DNA of 24,897 bases from a virus (Duplodnaviria > Caudoviricetes): the IMG/VR virus record IMGVR_UViG_3300020151_000849, positions 1 to 24,897 of that record; one strand, written 5' to 3'. Below, piece by piece: positions 9,201-19,400 of this stretch; the stretch's first letter is position 1; each line of letters starts with the position of its first letter. The notes beneath the pieces were generated by a model, which worked only from the letters and a program-made list of their open reading frames with translations, ran no database searches and was not told the DNA's origin. A program made the position numbers and the translations under genes.

Positions 9201-11358
9201 CAGAAGTTCCTGCTGAGCCGGATGTTCCAGCCGAACCAGACGTTCCTGTTGTTCCAGAAGTTCCTGCTGAGCCGGATGTACCTGCTGAACCAGAAGTTCC
9301 AGATGAACCACTATCTCCGGTTCTTGCAAAACTAATTACTAATTGTGCACTATTTGTTGGAATAGTTCCACTAACATAAGTTACAGGTATTTTAAAATAT
9401 CCAGAAGCATTTGTTACAGCTCCAGTTATTGTGAATATATTATTTACCGTACCACTATCTCTTGATGATAAAGTTAAAGTACCTTTATTGCTAGGTGTAT
9501 TACTATCATCCCATGTATTAAACCATGCTAATTGATTATTACCACTTTGGTCTAAAACATCAACGTAGATAAATGTTACTGAACCTATTGTTGCATTATT
9601 ATATTGTACTATTCCATTACCAGGGTCAGAATCAGTTATTGTTGTTGAAAAATTATATTTGATACCACCACTTTGTCCACTAGTACCACCACTACCAGAA
9701 GTACCAGTTGTTCCCGAAGTACCAGCTGAACCAGACGTTCCTGTTGTACCTGCTGAACCCGTTGTACCAGAAGTTCCTGCTGAACCCGTTGTGCCAGAAG
9801 TTCCCGAAGTTCCACCACTACCAGAAGTTCCTGTTAAACCAGAAGAACCAGCTGTTCCAGAAGTTCCCGATGTGCCTCCACTTCCACTTGAACCAGACGA
9901 ACCAGAAGAACCTGATGTACCAGCCGAACCACCAGTTCCACCTGCTCCACTTAAACCAGAAGAGCCTGATGTACCACCAGTTCCAGTTGAACCAGACGAA
10001 CCTGAAGTTCCAGATGTACCACCCGTACCAGAAGTACCAGCTGAACCACCTGCTCCACTTATACCCCCACTACCAGCCGTACCAGAAGAACCACCACTAC
10101 CAGAAGTTCCATTGATTCCCGATGAACCATTCGTACCAGAAGAACCAGACGAACCTGTTAATCCAGAAGTACCAGCAGAACCAGTTGTACCACTTGAACC
10201 CGTTGTACCACCACTACCAGATGTACCAGCAGAACCAGTTGTACCAGCAGAACCAGTACTTCCCGAAGAACCAGAAGTTCCTGATGTTCCACCACTACCA
10301 CTTGTGCCAGACGTACCCCCACTACCAGAAGAACCATTTGTTCCAGAAGTTCCCGATGTTCCACCACTACCAGAAGTTCCCGATGTGCCACCAGAACCAG
10401 AAGTACCAGATGACCCAGATGAGCCCGATGTTCCAGAAGAACCACCACTACCAGATGAACCAGCTGAACCAGTTGAACCAGAAGAACCAGAAGTTCCTGA
10501 TGTACCCCCAGAACCAGAAGTACCTCTTGTACCCGATGTACCACCACTTCCGCTTGTGCCAGATGAACCGCCAGAACCAGAAGTTCCTGACGTACCTCCA
10601 CTTCCGCTTGTGCCAGATGTACCACCACTACCAGAAGAACCAGAAGTACCAGATGTACCAGAAGTTGCTGCTGCAAATCTTCTACCAATTCTACCTGTTG
10701 TTAAGTTTACTACAAGTACTTCGTTTGTTGTATCATCCGTTGGTATTGTATTTCCAGTTACACCAATACTTCCACTAACGGATAAGCTACCAGTTATTTC
10801 TTGTCTATCAATAGTATTATCTCCAAATTTATTTGAACCAGAAGAAAATATTATTGATGATGATATAAATGTTGTGTGTAATTCAGTTGTTGTAATTTTT
10901 CCAGCTACATTTAAGTTTTGGCTTATCACAACCGAACCAGTTATATTTGAATTTCCATTTACTGCTAACCCACCACTAATTGAAGTTGGTACATTTATTA
11001 CAAATCCTCTATTCGGTGAAATTATTGCAGTTGCTGAGCCTGATTTTAATTGTGCTAAATCTCCAATTGCGTTTGCATTAATATTAAATAATCCACTACC
11101 ATCACCTTGAAATAAAGATGCTGATACCGATGATGATATGCTTAATGAACCAGTTATTTTTACATTACCTACAACTGATATAGGTGAATTAGATTGACTA
11201 ACGATTAAATTAGTTTGAATTCCAGAAGCAGTAAAATTACCAACTACACTCACCGATTCCGATGTGAAGTTAGCTATCTTACTACCACTTACATATAACG
11301 CAACTAAGCTTGAACTTAATTGGTTTAAACCGTTAGGGTTACCACCTAAATATTCCAT
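3280..11358 (-). CDS. Giant tail fibre protein (2692 aa) with Gly-X-X tracts and C-terminal peptidase S74 intramolecular chaperone
   Basis: The C-terminus [14 protein letters not shown]...RGVEFDW...[16 protein letters not shown]...LLLEAIKEL plus coiled coil is the S74/ICA autocleaving chaperone. There are internal fibre motifs ([26 protein letters not shown]) and modular repeats. Confidence 0.92.
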   Translation of the reverse strand: MEYLGGNPNGLNQLSSSLVALYVSGSKIANFTSESVSVVGNFTASGIQTNLIVSQSNSPISVVGNVKITGSLSISSSVSASLFQGDGSGLFNINANAIGDLAQLKSGSATAIISPNRGFVINVPTSISGGLAVNGNSNITGSVVISQNLNVAGKITTTELHTTFISSSIIFSSGSNKFGDNTIDRQEITGSLSVSGSIGVTGNTIPTDDTTNEVLVVNLTTGRIGRRFAAATSGTSGTSGSSGSGGTSGTSGSGGTSGTSGSGGSSGTSGSGGTSGTRGTSGSGGTSGTSGSSGSTGSAGSSGSGGSSGTSGSSGSSGTSGSGGTSGTSGSGGTSGTSGTNGSSGSGGTSGTSGSGGTSGTSGSSGSTGSAGTTGSAGTSGSGGTTGSSGTTGSAGTSGLTGSSGSSGTNGSSGINGTSGSGGSSGTAGSGGISGAGGSAGTSGTGGTSGTSGSSGSTGTGGTSGSSGLSGAGGTGGSAGTSGSSGSSGSSGSGGTSGTSGTAGSSGLTGTSGSGGTSGTSGTTGSAGTSGTTGSAGTTGTSGSAGTSGTTGTSGSGGTSGQSGGIKYNFSTTITDSDPGNGIVQYNNATIGSVTFIYVDVLDQSGNNQLAWFNTWDDSNTPSNKGTLTLSSRDSGTVNNIFTITGAVTNASGYFKIPVTYVSGTIPTNSAQLVISFARTGDSGSSGTSGSAGTSGSAGTSGTTGTSGSAGTSGSAGTSGTTGTSGSAGTSGSAGTSGSGGSSGTTGTSGSGGSSGTSGSAGTSGSGGTSGTRGTSGSGGTSGTSGSAGSGGSSGTSGSAGSGGTSGTSGSGGTSGSAGSSGSGGTSGLLSLTGTTNNGVITLDGTAPNATVEANLRFDGTTLAVTGNATISGDLTVSGTTTYINTTTLNVGDNIITLNADFASGAPTENAGIEVRRGSSSTVSFYWNEATDRWYADNTLEVAGNVVLSGTIDTGQGATEVYLMNQNVRTTDNVTHATITATNGVNVTGGNLSVSAGNIVISGTIDTGQGATEVYLMNQNVRTTDNVTFNQVTANLIGNATTSTTATYINVQDTRAAVTTPQTMNANQGVRFDFKQNSTNGLSDGGTYNGVMYFRKYGSTSDWSGGGANELGFTDNGNMWLRYGSSTTWGAWKRIMDTTSYAFAANMDQNVRTTDIVRFSQIGLGGVTPDTRLSANGDIHVSGYIYQGGTAGSVGSWGSRTIVSSGDYFVDARSFRFDNDGYGSSWSLVINSSGNVIASVDMRAPIFYDSDNTSFYGNFASTSIFNKLQLYSGTASGATSYDGNSLLQIESSGNQYIEFRASSASSGIMQGLLFTDNGRNGFIGFKEYTGAAANTFGESIHFSITDYSSSDAGSGFWWGTSSNNLNGVTSPLMFLRSNGLLGIGTYDFSYTTSDNSASVGSFTNNRVFVNGSIQLLGNNDAIVFGRGTSSFLKDEELGFGWGGGWYMVDGTWIRSRGSKNVYVDAYVRAQGSFRVGSEYSIWAPYGTYSAYISRIAYFSFDWNASYDSYTNHGIASTDLNGSFSDSMSINSFNDIVLRVDSNDNNNNSYVRFMDNTTGNNQFAYIGRESGNSIAYFDNRVYGAIFYDSNDSGYYIDPNSTSMSALRMRGGALFGPNPTWGAYLLVGGDGRNGYVDSSFASVATTNGNLHLDSGNGYATYINYYDGSVIYFGNGAYTNWGEFSSGIFYAYNQMRSPIMYDYNDTGYYVDPNATTNIRYLKVNTTGTSSATRALTIKQDGFGEYNYGSYPGAWTSALQIQNNDNTKMIWISPLDSSNWANFRVNGSTAGLHFNMGGSINNNGTTSFEIYSSYVYSGYPVYGTIFYDANNSARYVDPNGESRLNGTRFYPTLGTGRGSYSESLANIILEATSATPSGYASIEFLSNYNTPSDGAAITYYTGIDGGEASQLRFRLNNDYNDGIALWGGYIDFNCQTVDGLSQGYRNPIFRWQRYGTEIMALNSSAELSVQGDVRAPIFYDLNNTGYFANPNGRSRLAEIDYGDGSYYFRGGSWGWRHQTPYGYIEFGPANTSHAHIYTDRSNFYFNVNELYGNGYHVIMHNLWWGNTYFGSGGDMYATIWYDTNDTGYRLDPNGTNRLNFVNANNIYINAGYMLYSDHGGWQGEYNKIQWHSSHMYFQNQSSGYFIFRTDSGAERAYINRSGDLWLGYLGWMSSHINQSVRTDGNPTFGNIYSNGWFRNNNSGQGLYHQSTGMHWYSNNGYWKSAGGGYGYGGVVMYNNYESDLRGYSGYWDGSGFGMLNSSGNWQIRIEYGNAHMELYRITYMNDARAYIYYDRNDTGYYMDPNARSQWLGLEDRGKGNISITGKSNWRRPQDITGDRNYWTGNMGWGTTDFNWVMDWGSGDIDTWSNPANQPPGTSHWVGVQSYHYVNSYNSGYGWQLVGGPVDRLWFRNSWSGNTGWKAQIDSNNRAEYCLPTYDFTTTSRLYFLYNRGYYATQTDSAMCQPYSTGNNGAFMSFHKSGYYAINLGLDGDNLIRWGGWSSRWQRYYLNDDTLGTPYVLRSNFDNYGGGGVWVSDDGDLCDLNDGYLALRASYGLRIHSGNRGGGPNINLRYDGVIIASNNIIAYGSPSDRRLKENLKPLENSLEKVMKMRGVEFDWREGTDEYETTGLRHDIGFIAQEVEDVVPDLVRPGEDGYLAIRDRGIPALLLEAIKELKGELDEAKAEIKNLRQKLGFE
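3283..3603 (-). other. Peptidase S74 / intramolecular chaperone autoprocessing domain
   Basis: S-D-R-R-L-K cleavage motif (Ser codon 3601-3603), GFIAQE motif and terminal coiled coil. Confidence 0.9.
4455..7640 (-). repeat. Seven dispersed 'R.APIFYD.NDTGYY.DP' spacer repeats in the distal fibre
   Basis: Copies near 7615 ([15 protein letters not shown]), 6600 ([18 protein letters not shown]), 6260 ([18 protein letters not shown]), 5885 ([18 protein letters not shown]), 5430 ([18 protein letters not shown]), 5125 ([18 protein letters not shown]) and 4490 ([18 protein letters not shown]). Confidence 0.85.
8275..8514 (-). repeat. Duplicated 27-aa block [27 protein letters not shown] (8434-8514 and 8275-8355)
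   Basis: Identical peptides 159 nt apart; the DNA differs at 13 of 27 codons, all synonymously. Confidence 0.95.
8875..10665 (-). repeat. Gly-X-X ([12 protein letters not shown]) low-complexity tracts of the 2692-aa fibre, interrupted by a ~115-aa globular domain at ~9320-9660
   Basis: Gly at every third residue over ~330 aa and ~150 aa; degenerate 9-nt periodicity in the DNA. Confidence 0.95.
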
Positions 11359-11370
11359 TCATTACAACTT

Positions 11371-11703
11371 TTATGTTATCTCCAATACCGAAACAATTAC
11401 ATCCGCAGAATTAGCTAATGATGATGTTACCGAAAGAAAATCTCCACTTTCTAAAACTAACTTTTGCTCACCACCAACCAACACATTAGAACTACCAGGT
11501 AAAATAAGTGAATCCTTCACAACATATACAGCTTTATTTGCTGAGTTATCTCTAACCATTACACTAACTGAAATGTTATTTGAATTTACATTTGCCACAC
11601 CAACACCAATTACAGTTGTAGATGTATTCACAGGAGTTTCGTAAACTTTAACACCTGCTGTTCCAATTGAACCCGTTATACTATTTTTAAATGCGTTTGC
11701 CAT
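11371..11703 (-). CDS. Small phage virion protein (110 aa, predicted beta-sandwich)
   Basis: MANAFKN...VYETP..T.T.VIG..VANV...KLVLESGD.L.V......DVIVSVLEIT is a widespread small phage structural family that typically follows a gene ending in AIALG. Confidence 0.8.
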   Translation of the reverse strand: MANAFKNSITGSIGTAGVKVYETPVNTSTTVIGVGVANVNSNNISVSVMVRDNSANKAVYVVKDSLILPGSSNVLVGGEQKLVLESGDFLSVTSSLANSADVIVSVLEIT

Positions 11704-11716
11704 TTCTTTTTATTTT

Positions 11717-11998
11717 TTATCCCAATGCTATTGCAAAGGCTATTGCTGAATCTAATACATTCACCCCATCTACTAAATATCCACCAGCCGTTAAATTCAT
11801 CGAACCAGTCATTTTGATAGAACCACTTACTGATAAACTATTATTTACAATAAGATTATTAAATGATGCTTGCTGAACATCAATTGTTCCCTTAAAAGAA
11901 CCAGTTAAAGAACCAGTGAACGAACCGCTAAGGTCAGCGTACGCATTATTTCTATCTTGAATTATTGAACCCGAAAATATGGGACTATGTATTACCAT
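11717..11998 (-). CDS. Short fibre-like virion protein (93 aa) ending in AIAFAIALG
   Basis: SGSFTGSLTGSF motif shared with the giant fibre. The hydrophobic C-terminal AIAFAIALG is typical of the partner upstream of the 110-aa family. Confidence 0.72.
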   Translation of the reverse strand: MVIHSPIFSGSIIQDRNNAYADLSGSFTGSLTGSFKGTIDVQQASFNNLIVNNSLSVSGSIKMTGSMNLTAGGYLVDGVNVLDSAIAFAIALG

Positions 11999-12024
11999 TT
12001 GTATCTAATCTTTTATCTTATAGA

Positions 12025-12033
12025 TATAAATAT
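12025..12033 (-). promoter_or_regulatory. ATATTTATA motif, 26 nt upstream of the 93-aa gene
   Basis: Exact copy of the recurrent intergenic 9-mer. Confidence 0.5.
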
Positions 12034-12047
12034 AAACTATCCCTCTT

Positions 12048-12491
12048 TTAAGGTTTCACAGGCCAATTTATATTGAATGGATTTGATTGATTTGTTATAT
12101 CTCTCAATTCTTGTCTATAAGTACTCAACATATTTTTAGTTTCAGTTGGAACATCACTTAATTGTGTCCAATCGCATTCTAATAATAACTGATTTCTTAT
12201 ATCTCGAATTTCAACCCACTTATCTTCTATTCTTTGTTGTATTTCAATTTCAGAAGCATTGGTTTGTATCCAATTTTGATAATATTTTCCTTCATTTAAA
12301 GTAGGAATTCCTTCTGAAATATTTTTTGTATGGTCATTTGGTGCAGATACGAATTCTACTTCGTACATATCCCATTCTACTAATTGTTCATTTGTTAAAT
12401 TAGCCGGTAAACTAACATTCGGTAACGATTCTCTTAATTCTTGAATTGTATATGGATATGTTGTTGTATTATTTACTATTCTTAAATACAT
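12048..12491 (-). CDS. Phage tail fibre assembly chaperone (147 aa)
   Basis: C-terminal W..IR..RNQLL.ECDWTQL.D.P......YRQELRDIT.Q..P..I.WP..P is the phage tail assembly chaperone signature. Confidence 0.85.
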   Translation of the reverse strand: MYLRIVNNTTTYPYTIQELRESLPNVSLPANLTNEQLVEWDMYEVEFVSAPNDHTKNISEGIPTLNEGKYYQNWIQTNASEIEIQQRIEDKWVEIRDIRNQLLLECDWTQLSDVPTETKNMLSTYRQELRDITNQSNPFNINWPVKP

Positions 12492-12494
12492 AAT

Positions 12495-13397
12495 TTATTT
12501 CCAATTTAAAGGTATAGATGCAAAGTTTGCCAATCCGGTACAATTATTAAAAGCATCAGTACCAGATGGTGTTGGAGTTCTATTCCAAAGTTCAGGAGCA
12601 GTTCCTGTTAATGAATTTGCCGTTGAACTCATATTATAAACGTTATTAAAAATAGTAACATTTGTATTATTTGTAAATTGCAATACATTTGTTAAAGAAC
12701 GGCAATTTCTAAAAGTACCAGAAAAGTTTACAACGTTTATATTAGTATCAAATAAAGTTGATGGTACTGATGTTAGTGCTGTACAACCAAAAAAGCATGA
12801 TGCAAATGTTGTTGCTGTTGGTACATTGTTAAATAATCCCGATGGTACAGTTGTTAATGTTGTTATTGAAGAAAATGTATCCGTAAAGGTTGTTGCGCTT
12901 GGAGAAAAATCAAATATATCAGATGGTATTGAAGTTATTCTAGTACCTCTCATAAAATTAGCAAAAGATTGTACTTCATTCAATCCAGTATATCCACCAA
13001 CTCCACTCAAAGAAGCACTACCAGGTATTGTTGTTAAATTTACACATCCATAAAAGTTTACGGCTCTCAATCCAACAATTCCCCATTGAACTAATTCCGT
13101 AATAAGGTTTCTGATTCCAGAATTATTATTAACCGTAAAGCCCGGCATAAATCCACTTATAGTAATTGTATAAGTTCCAGCTGATGCGTATGTATGTATT
13201 CTATCAACTGATGAAGATGATGTAATTAAAGGTGATGTATTTCCATCTCCCCAATTTATATTCAATTGAGGAGTTAATCCACCATAATCAGATAAGGGAC
13301 ATGTAAATACCGTATTTGAAGCCGTTGTTGTTATTCTAAATACAAACGGAAATACTATTGCCGAATCCGATGGTATTAATTTTCTTGCTATACTCAT
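12495..13397 (-). CDS. PKD-like domain + BspA-type leucine-rich-repeat protein, putative fibre-tip adhesin (300 aa)
   Basis: INWGDG...HTYASAGTYTITISG is PKD-like. It is followed by ~25-aa repeats (ITSIPSDIFD..SATTFTDTF, LTTVPSGLFN..TATTFASCFFGC, LTSVPSTLFD..VVNFSGTFRNC). Located between the fibre and the chaperone. Confidence 0.8.
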   Translation of the reverse strand: MSIARKLIPSDSAIVFPFVFRITTTASNTVFTCPLSDYGGLTPQLNINWGDGNTSPLITSSSSVDRIHTYASAGTYTITISGFMPGFTVNNNSGIRNLITELVQWGIVGLRAVNFYGCVNLTTIPGSASLSGVGGYTGLNEVQSFANFMRGTRITSIPSDIFDFSPSATTFTDTFSSITTLTTVPSGLFNNVPTATTFASCFFGCTALTSVPSTLFDTNINVVNFSGTFRNCRSLTNVLQFTNNTNVTIFNNVYNMSSTANSLTGTAPELWNRTPTPSGTDAFNNCTGLANFASIPLNWK

Positions 13398-13408
13398 AAC
13401 TTTAATTA

Positions 13409-16400
13409 TTAACTAAGATTTTTTCCAACTACAAATCCATAATAAGATGTACCACCATTAAATGTAAAGAATGTTAATACATCAGTTCCAGTTGATGTTA
13501 AAATTGGAGATGTACCACCTACCCAATCTATTGAACCAGGCCATGTTATTGAATATGTTCCAGCATTAATCATTACAAATGTAAATCCAAAAGCATTTGA
13601 TGCTGGTGCATTACTGAATGAAATAGTTGCCGAACCATTGAATTGTCTTCTAAAATTATTTGCGGTTGAAAGGTCTAATGTTACACTTCCACCAGTACCT
13701 TGGTCAGAATACGTTTCTCTAAACGTTGTTGCTGCTACAGATGTTGTTACCACCACATTTCCAGTCACACTTAATGTGCTACCATCAAATGTCATATTAG
13801 ATTCTACTCTAACATTTGGAGATGTACCTTCTAATGTTATTACACCATTATCAGTTATACCACTAATACTTGCAAATGCAGAAGTTCCAGATGAACCAAA
13901 CCCCGATGTACCAGAAGTAAATTCAGCAGGAGATGTACCCGAAGTACCACTTATACCAGATGTACCTGTTGTTCCAGACGTAACACCAATAGCTGATGTA
14001 CCAGACGAACCACTAGTACCAAAGAATGTTCCATTTATACCATTAGAACCACCAGTACCAGAAGTTCCAGAAGTAAAATTTGGAGGGGTTGTACCTGATG
14101 TACCAGATGTACCAGCTTCACCAGGTGCACCATCAATTCCAGATGTACCATTTACACCACTACTTCCAAAGAATGTACCATCCAAACCAGATGTTCCCGA
14201 TGCCCCAGAAGTACCACTTGTACCATTAGTTCCAGTAGAACCAGATGTGCCAGCTGTTCCAGTGGAGCCATTCGTACCACTACTACCAGACGTACCATTT
14301 GAGCCAAAGAACGTACCATCTAAACCAGATGTTCCGGATGAACCAGAAGTACCAGATGTTCCCGAAGTTGATGATGAGCCAGAAGTTCCACCAGTTCCAG
14401 ATGAACCAGATGTTGATGATGTACCACTACTTCCAAAGAAAGTTCCATCTAAACCAGATGTTCCCGAAGAACCAGAAGTACCAGATGTACCACCAGTTCC
14501 AGACGAGCCACCTGTTCCAGTTGAACCGCTTGTGCCTGATGTTGATGATGTACCACTACTTCCGAAGAAAGTTCCATCTAAACCAGATGTACCACTACTT
14601 CCGCTACTTCCGCTAGTACCAGATGTTCCCGAAATACCAGATGAACCAGATGAACCAGATGATGAAGATGTACCACTACTTCCAAAGAAAGTTCCATCTA
14701 AACCAGATGACCCAGATGAACCACTACTTCCAGATGTACCATCTACCCCAGATGTACCGTCTACTCCAGACGTACCACCAGTACCACTTGAACCAGATGA
14801 ACCAGATGAACCAAAGAAAGTTCCATCCAAACCAGAAGTTCCAGAAGAACCACTACTTCCGCTACTACCACTTGTACCGCTCGTACCAGATGTACCAGTT
14901 TCACCAGAAGTTCCAGAACTTCCAAAGAATGTTCCATCTAAACCAGAAGAACCAGAAGTTCCATTTGTACCAGATGACCCAGAAGAGCCGCTTGTACCAC
15001 TTGTGCCACTTGAACCACTACTTCCAAAATAAGTTCCATCTAAACCAGAAGTTCCTGCTGAACCAGACGAGCCAGACGAACCAGATGACCCAGAAGAACC
15101 AGACGAACCAGAAGTTCCATTAGTTCCGCTTGTACCAGAAGTACCGTCTATACCCGAAGTTCCATCAGAACCAGTTGTTCCAGACGAGCCAGTTGTTCCT
15201 GAAGTACCATCAGTTCCCGTAGACCCAGACGAACCACTACTACCATCAGTACCCGAAGTTCCATCTACCGCAGATGTACCTGAAGTACCATACGAACCAG
15301 TTGTACCGGATGAACCCGTTGTTCCCGAAGTTCCATCAGTTCCAGTAGAACCCGATGAACCACTACTTCCATCCGTTCCTGAAGTTCCATCCACTCCACT
15401 AGTACCAGAACTTCCAGATGAACCAGAAGAACCAGTTGTACCATCAGTTCCACTACTACCAGCAGAACCCGTACTACCAGCAGAACCACTACTTCCATCA
15501 GTACCAGATGAACCAGCTGTTCCAGAAGAACCTGAAGTTCCTGTTGTACCAGATGTTCCAGCAGAACCACTACTTCCAGCAGAACCACTACTTCCAGCCG
15601 AACCAGATGTACCAGATGAACCGGATGAACCCGCTGAACCACTACTTCCATCAGTTCCAGAACTACCACTACTTCCCGATGTTCCATCCGAACCAGTAGT
15701 TCCACTACTTCCAGAAGAACCCGAAGAACCAGACGTTCCGCTAGTACCATCTACCCCAGACGAACCTGCCGTACCAGACGAGCCAGAAGTTCCAGATGAA
15801 CCCGTTGAACCAGACGAACCAGATGTTCCTGAAGAACCAGATGTTCCTGAAGAACCACTACTTCCGCTTGAACCAGATGAACCCGAAGTACCATCTGAAC
15901 CAGTTGTACCACTACTTCCAGAAGAACCAGATGAGCCCGAAGTACCATCTTCTCCGCTTGTTCCAGAAGAACCAGACGTTCCAGACGAACCTGTTGTACC
16001 ACTACTTCCAGAAGAACCAGATGTACCAGCTGTGCCAGATGAACCCGAAGTTCCAGATGTTCCAGATGTGCCAGATGTTCCAGCTTCTCCACTACTACCA
16101 GATGTTCCCGATGTTCCAGATGTACCAGCTGCTCCACTTGTACCAGAAGAACCACCACTACCACTTGAACCAGAAGTTCCCGATGTACCAGATGTACCAC
16201 CAGTACCAGCTGTTGCCGATGTACCTCCACTACCAGATGAGCCTGAAGAACCAGAAGTTCCCGATGTACCGGATGTACCACCAGTTCCAGTTGAGCCGGA
16301 TGAACCAGATGTTCCAGCAGTACCAGATGTTCCTGATGTTGCAGATGTTCCGCTTGAACCAGATGTTCCGCTTGTTCCACTACTACCTGATGTACCAGAT

Positions 16401-19400
16401 GTGCCAGATGTACCACTTGACCCAGATGTTCCCGATGTTCCATCCGAACCAGTAGTTCCACTACTTCCAGAAGAACCCGAAGAACCAGACGTTCCTGATG
16501 TGCCACCACTTCCGCTTGTTCCCGAACTTCCACTACTACCAGATGAACCTGATGTTCCAGCTGAACCAGTCGAACCAGAAGAACCAGAAGTTCCACTACT
16601 TCCACTACTTCCACTTGAACCACTACTACCAGATGAACCACTACTTCCAGAAGAACCAGTTGTACCACTACTTCCAGAAGAACCAGATGAGCCGGAAGTA
16701 CCACTACTTCCACTGCTTCCGCTTGTACCACTACTTCCACTGCTTCCGCTTGAACCACTGCTTCCGCTTGAACCACTACTTCCGCTTGAACCAGATGTAC
16801 CATCTACTCCGCTTGTACCTGATGAACCACTGCTTCCACTACTACCAGATGAACCATCTATTCCACTACTACCAGATGAACCAGAAGTTCCAGATGAACC
16901 AGATGAACCATCAAAACCAGAAGTACCACCAGTTCCAGAAGAACCAACTGCGGCTGCTACGTTTCTATATGCTAATCTTTTAGTTATCGGGTCCCAAACA
17001 ACAACTTCATTTGCTGAACCAGATGGTAGAGAGAATAATTGAACACTACTACTAAATGCAACACTACCACTTACTCCCAAGCTTCCACTAATTGTAAGCG
17101 ATGCGTTTATTGTTTGATTTGTATTAATGTTTAAGAATGATGATGTATCAGAAGATGGAGTATTTAATGCAAATAATGCGTAAGATGCTGTTCTTGCAAA
17201 AGATATGCTATCCATTCCTAACGGTCCATCAACATCAGAAGAAAGTACATAAGATGCAGTTTCCGATGATTGTGCCGCTCCACCATTTATAGTTACCAAT
17301 ACTCCATCAGAACCAGATGAAATCACATCTACCCCAGAACCACTAAAGTTTATCTTTGCGGTTTGAGATTTTACTAACGAACCAGTATGATAAATAAATA
17401 ATTCAGTTCCACCACTACTATTTAATGCGTAAGATGCAGTTAATGCGTAAGAAGAACTTACTGCACTAAACACAGCCATCGAAGATGTTTGGTCATTTCT
17501 TACATAAGCATTTGCATTTGATAATGATGCTGATAATGCTGATAAGGATGCTGAATCAAATCCAGTTACCGCATCTGCAATATCTGCTCTAACTGCATGT
17601 GATGCTGATAGTACAGTTCCAAATACTCTATCTCCATTTATTGTACCATTGATTAACGAACCACCACTACCAATTACAACATGCCCAGATGTTAATCCAG
17701 CAAATATAAGTTGAATGGTATCTTCATCAATTGATTTGACAGTACCAGGTATAATTTGGTCTTCCGAACCAGTTGCGTATACCTGAACAACAGGGTATCT
17801 AATTCCTAAATTGTGTACAATTGTTAATGTACTAACATTATTGAATGCTACTGTTTCGGTTATTGATGTTTCAGGTTGAGGTATAAAATATCCTCTAGCT
17901 TCATCAAATCTTAAAATATCATATTCCGCAGATGCAGTTGGTCCTACTCCTTGGAAATTATATGTTCCCAAGAATGAACCACTAACTAATGGAGAAAATA
18001 TTTTTGAACTGCCGGTTATTACGTTTGCTCTTAAATTACCATCAACATAAGAATTACCCCAAACGAATGAAGATGTATTAACTACAAATCCGTTATCAGG
18101 AGAAATAGATGCGGTTGCTGAACCACTCTTTAATATGAATGTTTCGAATGATAAGTTAGCAATATTAATGTTTCGTAATCCACTACCATCTCCAAAGAAT
18201 ACAGAACCAGAGTTTGCTACAATGTTTCCACCACTTACAAATAACGAACCAGTAACACTCAAGTTACCAGATACGAATGTTCTAGTTCCAATTTGCAATC
18301 CTTTGTTTGGAGAAATAACTGCCTCAACAGAACCAGACTGAATTCTATCAATTTTAAGGTCATCTAACGCTTCAGGTGGGATGTTAAATAATCCACTACC
18401 ATCACCATCGTATCTTGCCGCAGTTATTGGTACGTTTACATCTAATTTAGTTGGGTCAATAATAGCAACACCAGAACCAGAGTTAATCTTCACCAACTCT
18501 AAGTTTTCAATCGCATCAGGTGGGATGTTAAATAATCCACCACCATCACCTATGAATAGTGATGCAGTTAATGAACCACTAATTGCTACGGATGATGTAA
18601 ATTGAGATTGATATGAACCAGATGCAGGTGCCGTTGTTACAATAAATCGTTCTCCACTTGCTACCGATGCCGTTGCCGAACCACTTGCTATCAAAGGAGA
18701 TGCTGCCGCTTGTACGTTTGTTAATTGAGAACCATCTCCAATAAATGTGAATGCTTTAACACTTCCACTCACATCCACAGAACCAGTAATTCTAGAACCA
18801 TATTGAGAACCCGTTGCAGAAGTTGTTACTATAAACGTATCTCCACTTGCTACCGATGCTGTTGCAGAACCACTAGCGATAAATGGAGCTGCTGCCGCTA
18901 CAACGTTAGTAATAAATCTACCATCACCTAATATAAATTGTGCCTGAACACTACCACTTATATCAACCGAACCAGTAAATCTAGCTCCAAATTGTACACT
19001 TTGTCCACTTCCAGTTGCAGATGTTATTACTTGGAAAGTATCACCACTTGCTACGGATGCCGTTGCAGAACCACTAGCAATTAAAGGAGCTGCTGCAGCT
19101 TGTACATTTGTAATAAATCTACCATCACCAAATAAAAATTCAGTTGCTCTTATACTTCCACTAACTTCAATCGAACCAGTGAATTGAGAACCAACTTGCG
19201 ATTGTGTGAATGGAGTTATTACTCTAAATCCTTCATCAGGTGTTACAGATGCAGTTACAGAACCAGATTTAATTTCAGTACTAATAAGTGCATCTTCAGT
19301 TAATGCTGAACGAGGAATGTTTCTTAAATATGTACCTTCCGCATATAATAAAGATGATGATTCTATAAACACACCACCACTTACATCATTTACAAATAAG

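Noticed and set aside
8669-11110. Long plus-strand Pro/Glu/Val-rich and Gln/His-rich ORFs, and alternative-frame minus-strand Leu/Val-rich ORFs
   Set aside because: Shadow frames of the Gly-Ser-Thr codon repeat (GGN read as NCC and CCN antisense). They track the repeat tract and lack independent start signals.
12120-12140. Leu (TTG) where the chaperone motif usually has Trp before xxYRQ
   Set aside because: One-base difference from TGG that could be natural variation or a base-call error; not interpretable without reads or an alignment.
13880-16945. Possible CRISPR array or non-coding satellite
   Set aside because: Periodicity is 9 nt with third-position degeneracy, and there is no constant repeat with unique spacers. 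It is protein-coding.
13880-16945. Bacterial ice-nucleation protein (InaZ) homology
   Set aside because: It lacks the AGYGST 8/16/48-residue periodicity; the repeat is a tripeptide.
13638-17042. Plus-strand 464-aa and 336-aa PEVP-type ORFs and other overlapping ORFs
   Set aside because: Same antisense or frame-shadow effect within the 3452-aa gene; the repeat simply lacks stop codons in those frames.
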